NCBI RefSeq assembly: GCF_039654945.1
Contig: NW_027361763.1
Location: 7,006,001-7,070,000, forward strand
DNA from: Dendrobates tinctorius
Taxonomy: Eukaryota
Direction: 5' to 3'
Length of the DNA: 64,000 nucleotides
The notes beneath the pieces are model-generated. The model searched no databases. It saw only the letters and a list, made by a program, of their open reading frames with translations, and was not told where the DNA came from. The translations under genes and the position numbers were made by a program. Of this stretch, positions 36,772 to 48,350 are shown piece after piece (position 1 is the first letter of the stretch; every line of letters starts with the position of its first letter).

Positions 36772-37732
36772 GTAATAAAAAGAGAGAAGAGCCAGCACTG
36801 CCAGTGGTCAGAACGCATAACATGAGGTGCATATGCACATATCTTACTGCATTCAAAATGAGACATTTAGCAAAATATTGATCAATATATTGAGCCACCC
36901 CGCCACGCCAAGGCAATCTCATATGGGGGGTCCTACTCTACATTTTTATTATTCACTGTGCCATTGCGGCTTCCTAAATGTTTTAAAAGCAAGACCATAT
37001 CAAATGCAATCCATACCTGAAGCATATCTGCATCACTCCCGTGCAGCCAGATGGAGCAGGTGCAGATGAAGGCCAACCAGGTCTGAACACAGACATCTCA
37101 GGTTTGACCTCCACACACTGCCTGACCAGCAAACACAGATGAAGGGCAATGCAGGCTCAGACATGGATGCAGGAATAAAGCCTGGGGCAGGGCGGGGCTG
37201 CCGTGAGTGTGCACAGCAGCCTAGATCAATCACAATAAACACAGAAAAGATGGAGAACATGACCCAGCGTGCACGGCAACAGTGGTGGTCAGCCACAAAA
37301 CCAATTTGCAATAAAAAGAGAGAAGAGCTAGCATCCATGTCTGAGCCTGCATTGCCCTTCATCTGTGTTTGCTGGTCAGGCAGTGTGTGGAGGTCAAACC
37401 TGAGATGTCTGTGTTCAGACCTGGTTGGCCTTCATCTGCACCTGCTCCATCTGGCTGCACGGGAGTGATGCAGATATGCTTCAGGTATGGATTGCATTTG
37501 ATATGGTCTTGCTTTTAAAACATTTAGGAGGCCGCAATGGCACAGTGAATAAATAAAAATGTAGAGTAGGACCCCCCATATGAGATTGCCTTGGCGTGGC
37601 GGGGTGGCTCAATATATTGATCAATATTTTGCTAAATGTCTCATTTTGAATGCAGTAAGATATGTGCATATGCACCTCATGTTATGCGTTCTGACCACTG
37701 GCAGTGCTGGCTCTTCTCTTTTTTTATTGCAT
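36772..37732. mobile_element. Fold-back insertion: ~400-bp near-perfect inverted arms, 160-bp spacer, 13-bp direct repeats
   Basis: Arms 36772-37170 and 37331-37730; ATTAGTCTAATGT at 36761-36773 and 37733-37745; the spacer ends with a direct copy of the left-arm start. Confidence 0.85.
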
Positions 37733-38964
37733 ATTAGTCTAATGTGTATGGGGACCTGTAGTTGCATTGTAGGAACTTGCAGTTCTTGCAACCTAAAGAT
37801 TGTTAATGGTCTGACATTTAAAGAGTTTATCCAAACTTTTAAGAGAGCTGATTGGAAGCTTCAAATGGCTGAAAATAAAATAAGTGACTAATTCATTTGC
37901 TGGTCCAAACATTTTCATTTTTTTTTTTACAATTTTATGCTCCCCTCTTTCTTAAACGTGCATGTGAAAAGATTTGGTTTCTTCATGTGGCAAGGGTTTA
38001 CAGCGTCAATATTGACTTTTAGTATTGCTACTTCCAATAAATGGCTTTACAGTTTGAGAATTTTTTCAGGATGGTAGCGGTGATGTCAGTGAGGTTACCG
38101 GGGATCATCAGCTGTGAACTCCAGTGACCTTTCTCACATCAGCACTAGAAACGGCAAGAGCAGAGCTGGTGTTTAACATGGGACAAATGGATTGTCGTTG
38201 GATAGGTGAGGAATACAGTGTTTTATTATTTTTTATTTTACATTAATAAGTGGGGAGTGTATATTTCAAATAAAGGAGTCTGTGACTGCAAAAGGAGTTT
38301 CTGGTTTGCCATCTTATATCAAGTCATGTAGTAAGGCTCCTTAAAGGAAAAATATTGATTTTTAGAATTGCTGTCTCCAATAGATGGCATTTAAATTCCC
38401 TTCCCCTTCCTCTTTTAAGTAAATATTTGATTTTTTTAGATTCCCAGACTTATAAATGGCTTGTAAATCTACTTAGGGCAACTTATATCCTAGACCCCTA
38501 CTGTCATGATCCAGTCCAGTTTGTTTTCTGCTGTCTTCTCTTTGGACTGGTCATGCAGGGGCTAATCCCCTCTGCCTCGTTCTGGAGCTGGCTGGGCTAT
38601 TTCAGTCCTCTGCAGCCTGCGGGCCAGCTTCAACTATACTGCAAGTTTCCAGGCTAGTGCAATCCTGGAAACAATCCACGCTTCGATGGAACAGGACCGC
38701 TTCACGTGGCCGCTGAATCACCAAGCCTGGAAGAGTCGGGAAATGTTCCATCGGTTTTTGGTAAAAGTTAAAAACTCACGTAGGAAGCGTCAGAGGGAGG
38801 AAATTGAGGAAAATATGAGTGGTTGTACAGAGTTGTCAAAGGGAATGTAAGTGTGATAAGATTATCGGTAACACTGTCCAAATTGCTACAAAGGTAGAAA
38901 AAAAAATTATATTGCTTATATAGCATCATTACTGCACAACCTTGCTGATTTTACACATGCTGGC

Positions 38965-39271
38965 ATACAATAGTGATAACCACCGAGCCACCATGCTGAT
39001 CATACACATACTGTGAGACAACAGTACTAACCACCGAGCCACCATGCTGACTATACACATACTGTGAGACAACAGCACTAACTACTGAGCCACCATGCTG
39101 ACTATGCACATACTGTGAGACAACAACAGTGCTAACTACTGAGCCACCATGCTGACTATACATATACTGTGAGACAACAGTGCTAACTACTGAGCCACCA
39201 TGATGACTATACACATACTTTGAGACAACAGTGCTAACCACTGAGCCACCATGATGACTATACACATACTG
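38965..39271. repeat. 51-bp minisatellite, left part
   Basis: Unit CATACTGTGAGACAACAGTGCTAACCACTGAGCCACCATGCTGACTATACA. Confidence 0.95.
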
Positions 39272-39276
39272 ATACA

Positions 39277-39762
39277 GGAAAGATATATATCTTTGTACCG
39301 TGTTAGCCAGTAGATAGAAGAATATTTAGAATTGAGAGTCCTCAGTGGTTGATACTAGAGTTGAGCGACTTTGGTCGGATCGGGTTTCATGAAACAAAAT
39401 TTGTTTCAGATGAAACTGGTCCAACTAGGGCAAAAAAAAGTCGGAGTTTCGTCCGAAACCCAACCCCAATGCAAGTCAATGGGGAATAAAAGTCGGCATT
39501 GAGTGGATGACATTCATCCACTCAATGCCGACTTTTATTTCCCATTGACTTGCATTGGGGTCGGGTTTTGGACGAAACTCTGACTTTTTTTTGCCCTAGT
39601 CGGACCAGTTTCATCTGAAACAAATTTTGGTTAATGAAACCCGATCCGACCAAAGTCGCTCAACTCTAGTTGATACCTTTTAATGGCTAACTGAAAAGAT
39701 GGTAACAAATTGCAAGCTGAGTAGTCACGAAAGCTTGCAATTTGTTACCATCTTTTCAGTTA
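39277..39762. mobile_element. Penelope-like pLTR fold-back remnant (continues at 44143-44193)
   Basis: Inverted copy (39277-39718) then forward copy of the 33220-33350 sequence; interrupted by a hAT MITE and the Harbinger. Confidence 0.7.
39356..39668. mobile_element. Palindromic hAT MITE
   Basis: TIRs TAGAGTTGAGCGAC; near-perfect 313-bp palindrome; exact 8-bp TSD GTTGATAC. Confidence 0.92.
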
Positions 39763-40134
39763 GGCCGGCGTCACACTAGCGAATAAATCGGACGAAGGCA
39801 ATGCGATAAAAAATCACATTGCATTCGTCCCAATGTTATTCTATGGTTTAGCTCCCATAATCAGATTTTTTGTCGGATCTTTTCCTCAGACTGAGACAAT
39901 CGCAGCATGCTGCGATTGTCACCGATTTTCGGATCGGACTCGCCAATGCAAGTCTATGGGTGCGATAAAAAATCAGATTACAAACGGACCACAAGTGTGA
40001 CTTGCGATAAAATCGCAAGACTTCTCCAGGTCAACAGGAAATAGCATCAGGCATTGGCAGGAAGCTTTGGGATGCAAATTTCACTTACACCATAAAAAAA
40101 AAACAGGAAGAATGCCTCCGCGAAGACCTCCATC

Positions 40135-41877
40135 ATGTCCACGCCAGTGAATGTCGAAATGCTGATAGTTCTGGTCCAGGAGAGGCCAGAACTATGGGAC
40201 CAGAGAGATCCCCACTATGCTGACCGGGCACACAAGGAGGCAGCGTGGAGAAGAATCTGTTCCCAGATGTTCAGTGGTTATGCGGCCAGACCTCGGGAGG
40301 TGCAGGAGCAAATCAATAAGTTAAATATTCCCCAAAAAATTCAATTGCACTGTAAAAATGTGGACACATAATAAAAAAGGCAAATGTAATATGCTCAAAT
40401 ATCTTTACCAAATTACTACGCCATTAATGTCTGCATATTTTCAAAATCTAAATTGCACATCCCTGACTGGTGGCCCCATTACAATTTTCGGACAAATATT
40501 GCAATCCTTAGCTAATTGTTCTTCCTCCAAATGCAGTGCTCTCCTTGTTTTTTGGTCCGTATCTTAGCCAGTATATATCTTGTTTATTTTTAGTCAAAAT
40601 ATAATAGATGTTCGCATCCATACATCATTCCCACAGGTTTTTCTACATTTTGTTTTAAAGTAGGTTGGTTAGAAGGTCCTTTATAGTAGGCCTGAACCTG
40701 TTACTCATTTTTGGAGTATTGGTGTAGAGCCATCAGAAATCGAATTCATATAAGTTTAAAAATGGGTGCCTAAGCATATGTAAACTGTTGATAACATAGC
40801 CATATGTGTGGTCTTATGAAATCCTGAGTTTTGTTTTACATTGTAGTGACTGATGTGATGAGGCATTGGCGCAAATGTAGGGACACATATAGGAGGGAGA
40901 GACAGCTGGGGGCCCGTAGTGGAGTGGCCTGAACCACCAAGAGGAAATACCTCTACTTCGACAGCTTACATTTCCTTGCTCCTGTGATGGATCTGAGACC
41001 GTAAGTGCAGGGTTTAATTTTGTACTTTTTATTTTCTCAATGCAAAATATTAATGTATTTTTTTTGTTTTTTTACATTGTAGCACCGAGTCAAACCTTAC
41101 ACAGAGGGAGACGGGTTCCGCCTCTGAGGTGGTGATAGAGCCAGTGTCTGATATTGCTGCAGGGTCATCTGCAGAACTTCCAAAGCCACACCCCCACCAC
41201 CAAGATCACCACCACCACCAGAATCTTGTAGCCAGCCAGCACAACATGAGGACCAGGGCAACAGTAGCAGCCCCACATTGCCACTGGATACTTCTCCACA
41301 GCCTTCTGCCCTACCACGACGAGGCAGGCGCAGGAGAGAAGGAGCAGCTTAGAGAACAAGGAGGCAGGTTGACCGAGGTGTCTTGGACTACTTGTCCACA
41401 GCTGCTCATGATGATGGGGAGGAGGCTTATGGACGCAGTCTGGCAAAGTACTTGAGGGCAATTCCCCGTGGGTACAGGCTGCGTACCAGAGGGGCTCTCC
41501 AAATAGTTTTGGATTCCAGCACACCACCCAATAATCCCCGCCCTGTGTTTCAGTTTTTGGAAAGGTGGCAGCTGTCGGAGGAAAATCAAATAGATAGGCT
41601 GGTTGGACTTGATGTGGCAAGTCAACCATCCTTGGAACCTCTTCCTCCTCCTCCGCCACGGGTGCCAACACCTCCACCACGGGTGGCAACACCTCCGACT
41701 CAGCCTGCACACATCCAGAATGTTGCTCCACAGGTCCAATATATGGGCCAAGGCGCACATGCACAATATGGCCACTTTAACTTACCAAATGTTGGAGGGT
41801 GGCCCCAACATGGGTATGTTAGACATGGCCATATAGGGGGATATGGGCACTTTGGGCAGCCCTACCATCAGGACTAA
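40135..41877 (+). pseudogene. Harbinger Myb/SANT-like (MADF) DNA-binding protein with BESS-like C-terminal motif, 3 exons, inactivated
   Basis: Exons ~40135-40315, 40847-41000 and 41083-41877. LVQERPELWD...AWRRI...RHWRKCRDTYRRE...KYLYFDSLHFL. Donor 1 reads ATAAGT instead of GTAAGT; TGA at 40930; frameshift in exon 3. Confidence 0.8.
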
Positions 41878-42358
41878 CCCCAGCAATTTCCAAATTACCT
41901 CTACCCAAACCCCCAAATTGATCCTGCCAGGATGCAACAGATGCCAGAGCCAACTGGCAGCTCACAGGGGGACAGAGATGTGACCCAGCAACCAAGGCCA
42001 AATGTCCAAGCAGTACCCCCACCTTCACCACTCCAACCTACCATGACTTGTAAGTTTTCCTTTGGGACTTTTATTTTTTGGTTTGGGTTTTATACAGTAT
42101 GTATATTTTTTGTGTCCGAATGTTACATAATAATGTGCTGCTAACATTATGCCATATGGTACTAATATGGTTATTTTCTTTCGGCATTCAAAAAAAAGAA
42201 AAACAAGTAATAAACTTGTTAAAAATCACAATGTGTGCCTGTTCATGTTCGGACATGTTCTGTAATGTGTTAGATACATCTAAAACACTAAAGTAGTCAC
42301 AAAAACACACGAAAGGGCTAGCAAAAAATCTTTATGAGAACACAACACAACCAAACCA

Positions 42359-43816
42359 CTACATAGATAAGACATCATCTTGCCAGGGAGTAGCACCCTG
42401 AGGTGTAAGAAAATAAGTAGTGAACACATCACGTACTTTGAGTCCCGAGATTGGACGACTGGGTGGGATTACATATGTCCTAGGCCTAGACACATTGCCA
42501 GACTCAGCTTCAGCATCATCATGTGAGGGGCAATCATGAATTCGTGTGAAGTTATGTAGGACCACACAGGCTTTAATAACTTCATTGACATTAGCTTCAC
42601 TCAGCTGAATGGCGGACTGTAGGACCCTCCATTTGGCTGAAAGAATACCCAAGGCGCACTCCACCAGTCGCCGAGCACGAGATAGGCGCAAGTTAAATAT
42701 TCGACGCCGGTGGTCAAGGTTTCGTCGTGGATATGGCCTCATGACATATCTGGTCAATTGAAACGCCTCATCTGCTACAAGAACATAAGGCACCGGTTCC
42801 AGATTTGAGTCTGGAAGCTGACGTGGTGGTGGTAGATCCAGCTGATTATTACGCAGCCGCCGACCCATAATGGAAGAATTGAAGACACTGGAGTCTCCAT
42901 TTCTTCCATAGGCCCCAATATCTACAATTATAAACCTGTAGTGAGTGTCAACCAGATCCAACAATACTACAGAAAAATATTGTATGTAATTATAGAATGG
43001 GGACCCTGAGTTCGGCGGCTTACGCACACGGATGTGCTTCCCATCCAGGGCTCCAATACATTGTGGAAATTGGCACGTGGCCTCAAATCCACGGGAGATA
43101 CGCAACCAGTCTGCCATTTTGGGCTCCGCCATTACCACATGATGGAGTCTGGACCAGATTTCTGAGCATGTAGACCGGACAATGCCAGAGATTGTTGATT
43201 TCCCGATTAAAAATTCTAAATGCAGACCAGCATATTAAAGGCCAGTTGAAAGGAAGCTAAAATAAAAAAAAAACCATGAGTACACAGCCCAACAAACAAC
43301 AGATAAAGCTTAAATCACATTTAAAGTCTATCAATTCTAAAGTAGGCATGATCAACATTAAATTACATGCCATGGCTTGGTTCAGTAAAACACAAGCATA
43401 TACTGTTTCTTGGGAAATGTGCTTGCAAATATATTATATTACATGGCAAGATTAAAGGTCTGGAAATGAAATATGCTGCTTCACACATCATCAACATATT
43501 GCTTTAAGACATACCGTAAGGTGAGTAGAAGACACTCCTCAGCAGAAATTGCTTTGCGCATCCTCGTGTCCTGAAACGTGATACCAGGGCGCACAATCTC
43601 CAGCAAAAGATCAAATGTAGCAAGGCTCATCCGACAATATTGAAAGAACTTCTGGAAATGGCCTTTAGATATCCTGCGCACCAAAAGCGCATGGACCCAC
43701 ATTCATCTACGCCTCCTCGGATCCACAATCACAGGGTGTTGCACACCAAAACATCGGGATATAACCCAATAGAAAAGAACACGCTCAGTGGTGTTAAAAG
43801 TCAGCCTGTCTGTCAT
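42359..43816 (-). pseudogene. Harbinger DDE transposase (HARBI1-like), 2 exons, inactivated
   Basis: Exons 43816-43515 and 43256-42359 (GT-AG intron within an Arg codon). Motifs FFQYCRMS, GALDGKH, DSSVF, LVADEAF, RRLVECALGIL; two in-frame stops. Confidence 0.9.
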
Positions 43817-44192
43817 GTTTAGCACAAAGCAGAGATAACAAAATCCAAGCACTGACTCTACGGCAAAGGTAGCAGGCTCACACCTGTTGGAGAGCCCATA
43901 AATATAGGGCGGGATGATGCTTTAAATTAGTTTCAGGCCTAAAAACCCTTATTTGTCCATTTTGCAAGTCTCAGAGAAAATATCGCCAGACGGATGTCAA
44001 ACGGATGCTTAGATGCGAATAAAATCGGATCGTCGCTGGAAATTCGGATAACAGACGGATCCCTGGTCAAGAAACCTTTGTGCGATTTCGGTCCATCAAA
44101 ATCGGACTGATTTTTTTATCGTTGTGTGTGACTCCGGCCTTAGCCATTAAAAGGTATCAACCACTGAGGACTCTCAATTCTAAATATTCTTC

Positions 44193-45570
44193 TATACACA
44201 AACTGTGAGACAACAGTGCTAACCACTGAGCCACCATGCTAACTATACACATACTGTGAGACAACAGTGCTAACCACTGAGCCAACATGCTGATTATACA
44301 CATACTGTGAGACAACAGTGCTAACCACTGAGCCAACATGCTGATTATACACATACTGTGAGACAACAGTGCTAACCACTGAGCCAACATGCTGATTATA
44401 CATATACTGTGAGACAACAGTGCTAACCACTGAGCCATCATGCTGACTATACACATACTGTGAGACAACAGCACTAACCACTGAGCCAACATGCTGATTA
44501 TACACATACTGTGAGACAACAGTGCTAACCACTGAGCCAACATGCTGATTATACACATACTGTGAGACAACAGTGCTAACCACTGAGCCAACATGCTGAT
44601 TATACACATACTGTGAGACAACAGTGCTAACCACTGAGCCAATATGTTGATTATACACATACTGTGAGACAACAGTGCTAACCACTGAGCCAACATGCTG
44701 ATTATACACATACTGTGAGACAACAGTGCTAACCACTGAGCCATCATGCTGACTATACACATACTGTGAGACAACAGCACTAACCACTGAGCCAACATGC
44801 TGATTATACACATACTGTGAGACAACAGTGCTAACCACTGAGCCAACATGCTGATTATACACATACTGTGAGACAACAGTGCTAACCACTGAGCCAACAT
44901 GCTGATTATACACATACTGTGAGACAACAGTGCTAACCACTGAGCCATCATGCTGACTATACACATACTGTGAGACAACAGCACTAACCACTCAGCCAAC
45001 ATGCTGATTATACACATACTGTGAGGCAACAGTGCTAACCACTGAGCCATCATGCTGATTAGAGAAATACTGTAATATAACTATGCTAACCAACGAGCCT
45101 CCACGTTGATCATACATATACTGTGAAATAACAGTTCTAACCACTGAGCCATCATACTCACTATACACATACTGTGAGACAACAGAGCTAACTATTGAGT
45201 CATCATGCTGATTACAGCAACACTGTGATACAGCTGTGCTAACCACTGAGCCACCATGCTTACTATACACATATGGCGAGACAAAAGGGCTAACTATTGA
45301 GCCACCTTGTGATTACAACAATATTGTGATACTGCTATGCTAACCACTGAGCCAACATGCTGACTATATACATGCTGTGAGACAATGGGGCTAACTACTG
45401 AGCCACCACGCTGATTACAGGAATACTGTAATATAACTATGCTAAATACTGAACCTTCTTGCTTACTATATACTGTAGATACTGCTATACAACAGTTCTA
45501 ATAACTGGGTCGCAATGATGAGCACATACATACCGTGATACAACAGTGCTAACCACTGGGCCATCATGTA
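44193..45570. repeat. 51-bp minisatellite, right part, decaying distally
   Basis: Same unit as 38965-39271; produces the 17-aa periodic ORFs. Confidence 0.95.
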
Positions 45571-45659
45571 GTTTATTCATTTATTCACTATTGATCTGTA
45601 ATATTTCATATATTGTTTGTAATTTTTCATTTGTATCTAAAAATGTCTAGAAAAATAAG

Positions 45660-46020
45660 GGGTAAGGTTTCTCCTTGTGGAGAGTGACATGCCAGCTCTG
45701 GCTTGTCAAGGTAAGGAGGCTTAATCGCTGTGCAATGCTCCTCTGGGAAAATAATATGCACATTGCCTCTTCAGAGAGAAAGAGGACTTTTACTCTACAG
45801 CGCCACCTATTGGTAGTAGTGATCCTGCAAGTCACAATCAACCCTTTAATGAGTCTTGTAATATGACTTAGGATAAAGGCCAAATCAGATTTGGCTGTCA
45901 TCCTAAGTCATATTGCTAGACTCGTTAAAGGGTTGATTGTGACTTGTAGGATCGCTACTACCAATAGGTGGCGCTGTAGAGTAAAAGTCCTCTTCCTCTC
46001 TGAAGAGGCAATTTGCATAT
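45660..46020. mobile_element. Fold-back element: palindrome 45754-46020 plus one-sided extension, 12-bp direct repeats
   Basis: Arms ATATGCA(C/A)ATTGCCTCTTCAGAGAG...; TAGAAAAATAAG at 45648-45659 and 46020-46031. Confidence 0.8.
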
Positions 46021-46864
46021 AGAAAAATAAGAAGAATAAAAATTTTGGTATACCAGGACCTGGCAGATGAAAACTTTTGGCTTTGAGCCTATCTTCCCTT
46101 AGACTCCACTATGTCTAACCATATCAGATTTTTTAGCTGTCTGAGATCAGATCAAGAAACGGCAATCTGGATTAAGTCATATGATAAGTGATAAGAAGAA
46201 AGGACGGGGAGCACTTTCCCCTGAAGCCTGGCTCCAGTTTCAAGTAGCTGATGAAAGTGAGAGTTAATTTCACTGCCTCTATATTAGCTGGCAGGGTCCA
46301 CGGGAGCCAGAACTGTACTACAGACCGTGTAATGTTTTTAGAAAAGTGGGGTCAAGCTGTGTTTTGTGCTATTGCCTCTTTCCTTTGATGTCCAAGCCAA
46401 ATTCAAAGGGAATCTGAGCTACAATTCAGAGCTGGAAAAGTTTGGTTGTCTGGAGGAATGTCCTTCAAGCCAGCATCTAGTATTAACCCTGTGGGTAGGA
46501 TAATGAGCGAATGAATGGGCTCTCATGAAAAGAGCATTGACCAGATTATTAGTCCACTTTTAGTGCACATATCATTTTTATATATCCATGGACTGTCCCA
46601 ATCTTCTTCATCAGCATTCTGCCAGCACTATAGAGGCTGAAATTTCCTTTTCCAACATTTACAGCTAGGAATATTCCTGCCAAAGCCAAATGACTTGACC
46701 ACCTTGCCAAATCAAAAAAAAAGAATGTTCCAGCTCCTGGATAAAATTCCAACTTCACATTGGTGTTTTCAATTAATTAATCATTTCATCGTGTATTCCT
46801 GGTGTCCAAAGCTCATTGATGAATCAGGGTATTTAGGGCTGCTGGGAACAAGCCCATTGTGCTT

Positions 46865-48350
46865 TGACAAAGATAGCAACCCCACTTTCTATAAAGAAAC
46901 AAGGATCTTCCCCCATTGTCTGTAGAAAGAAAAAGGCCCACCCCCACTCCCTGTAGAGAGAAAAAGACCCACTTACATTCAATATAGAGAGAAAAAGACC
47001 AATAACCACTTCCGGTAGTGAGACAAAAACCCAACCCTACTTTACATGTAATGCCTTACATTACCAATATAAAGACAAAAACTCACCCCCACTTCCTGTA
47101 GAGAGACAAAAGACCTGTTCCCACTTCCTTTAGAGAGACAAAGATCCACCCCACTTCCCGCATAGAGACAAAGACCCTCACCCACTTCCTACGGAGGGAC
47201 AAAAATCCGTCCCCACTTCCTAAAGAGAGAAAAAAATACACAACCTTTTCCTGAAGAAAGGCAAACACCCACCCTACTTCTTAAAGAGAGACAAAGACCC
47301 ACCTCACTTCCTGTAAAGAGACAAAAAGTCTTCCCCACTTCCTGAAGAGAAAAAAGAACACCTCCACTTCCCATAGAGAGACAAAGACCCACACACACTT
47401 CCTACGGAGAGACAAAGATCTGTCTCCACTTCCTAAAGAGAGAAAAAATACACAACCATTTCCTGAAGAGAAGCAAACACCCACCCTATTTCCTTAAGAG
47501 AGACAAAGACCCACCTCACTTCCTGTAAAGAGACAAAAAGTCTTCTCCACTTCCTGAAGAGGAAAAAAGAACACCTCACTTTTCATAGAGAGACAAAAAC
47601 CGACACCCACTTCCTACGGAGAGGCAAAGATCCATCCCCACTTCCTAAAGAGAGAAAAAATACGCAACCATTTCCTGAAGAGAAGCAAACACCCACCCTA
47701 CTTCCTGAAGAGAGACAAAGACCCACCTCACTTCCTGTAAAGACTGAGACAAAAAGTCTTCCCCACTTCCTGAAGAGAAAAAAGAACACCACCACTTCCT
47801 GCAGAGAGACAAAGACCCACCCCACTTCCTGTAGAGAAAGAGCCACCCCATTTCCTGTAGAAAGACAAAGACTCATCCCCACTTCCTGTAAACAGTGAAA
47901 GACCCACTCCACTTCTTGAAGAAAGGCAAAGACCAACTTAAATTCCTGTGGAGAAACAAAAACCCACTCCACTTGCTGCAGAGAGACAAAGACCAGTCAG
48001 ATTTCTTGCAGAGACAAAGGCTGGCTTCGCTTCCTATAAAGATATAAAGAAACAAGGATCTGCTCTATTACCTGCAGAGACACAAGGACTCACTCTGTTT
48101 CCTGTTGAGATCAAGACCAACCCTTGCTTTTTAAAGAAAGACAAATACCCACATCACTTCCTGTAGAAAGACCAATACCCACCCTGCTTCCTAAAGAGAG
48201 ACAAAGACCAACCACTCTTTCTGTAGAAAGACCAAGACCCACCCCTGCTTCCTAGAGACAAAAACCATCCCTCCTACTGTAGAGCGAAAAAGACCTACTT
48301 CTTTCTACAGTGAGAAAAGTATCCAAAATCACTTTCTGTAGACAAAGACT
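46865..48350. repeat. ~30-bp minisatellite with ~212-bp higher-order repeat
   Basis: Unit AGAGACAAAGACCCACCCCACTTCCTGTAG; marker ACGGAG at 47191, 47404 and 47616. Confidence 0.9.

Larger units (their letters stand above)
39763..44139. mobile_element. Full-length PIF/Harbinger transposon (4377 bp) with two convergent genes
   Basis: TIRs GGCCGG(C/A)GTCACAC and TTA TSD. Removing it restores CAGTTAGCCATTAAAAGG, as seen uninterrupted at 33259. Confidence 0.95.

Noticed and set aside
36827-37891. Mirror-image ORFs and a possible twister ribozyme near 37510-37575
   Set aside because: The ORFs result from the palindrome; the twister core (GC after P2, CAAGC loop) is missing.
42359-43816. Host gene HARBI1
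   Set aside because: Inside a TIR/TSD-bounded element with its MADF partner, and carries stops.
44157-45270. 298-aa and 250-aa ORFs
   Set aside because: Read-through of the 51-bp minisatellite (17-aa period).
46030-46800. Possible L1 ORF2 remnant on the minus strand
   Set aside because: Similarity too weak to support by eye.
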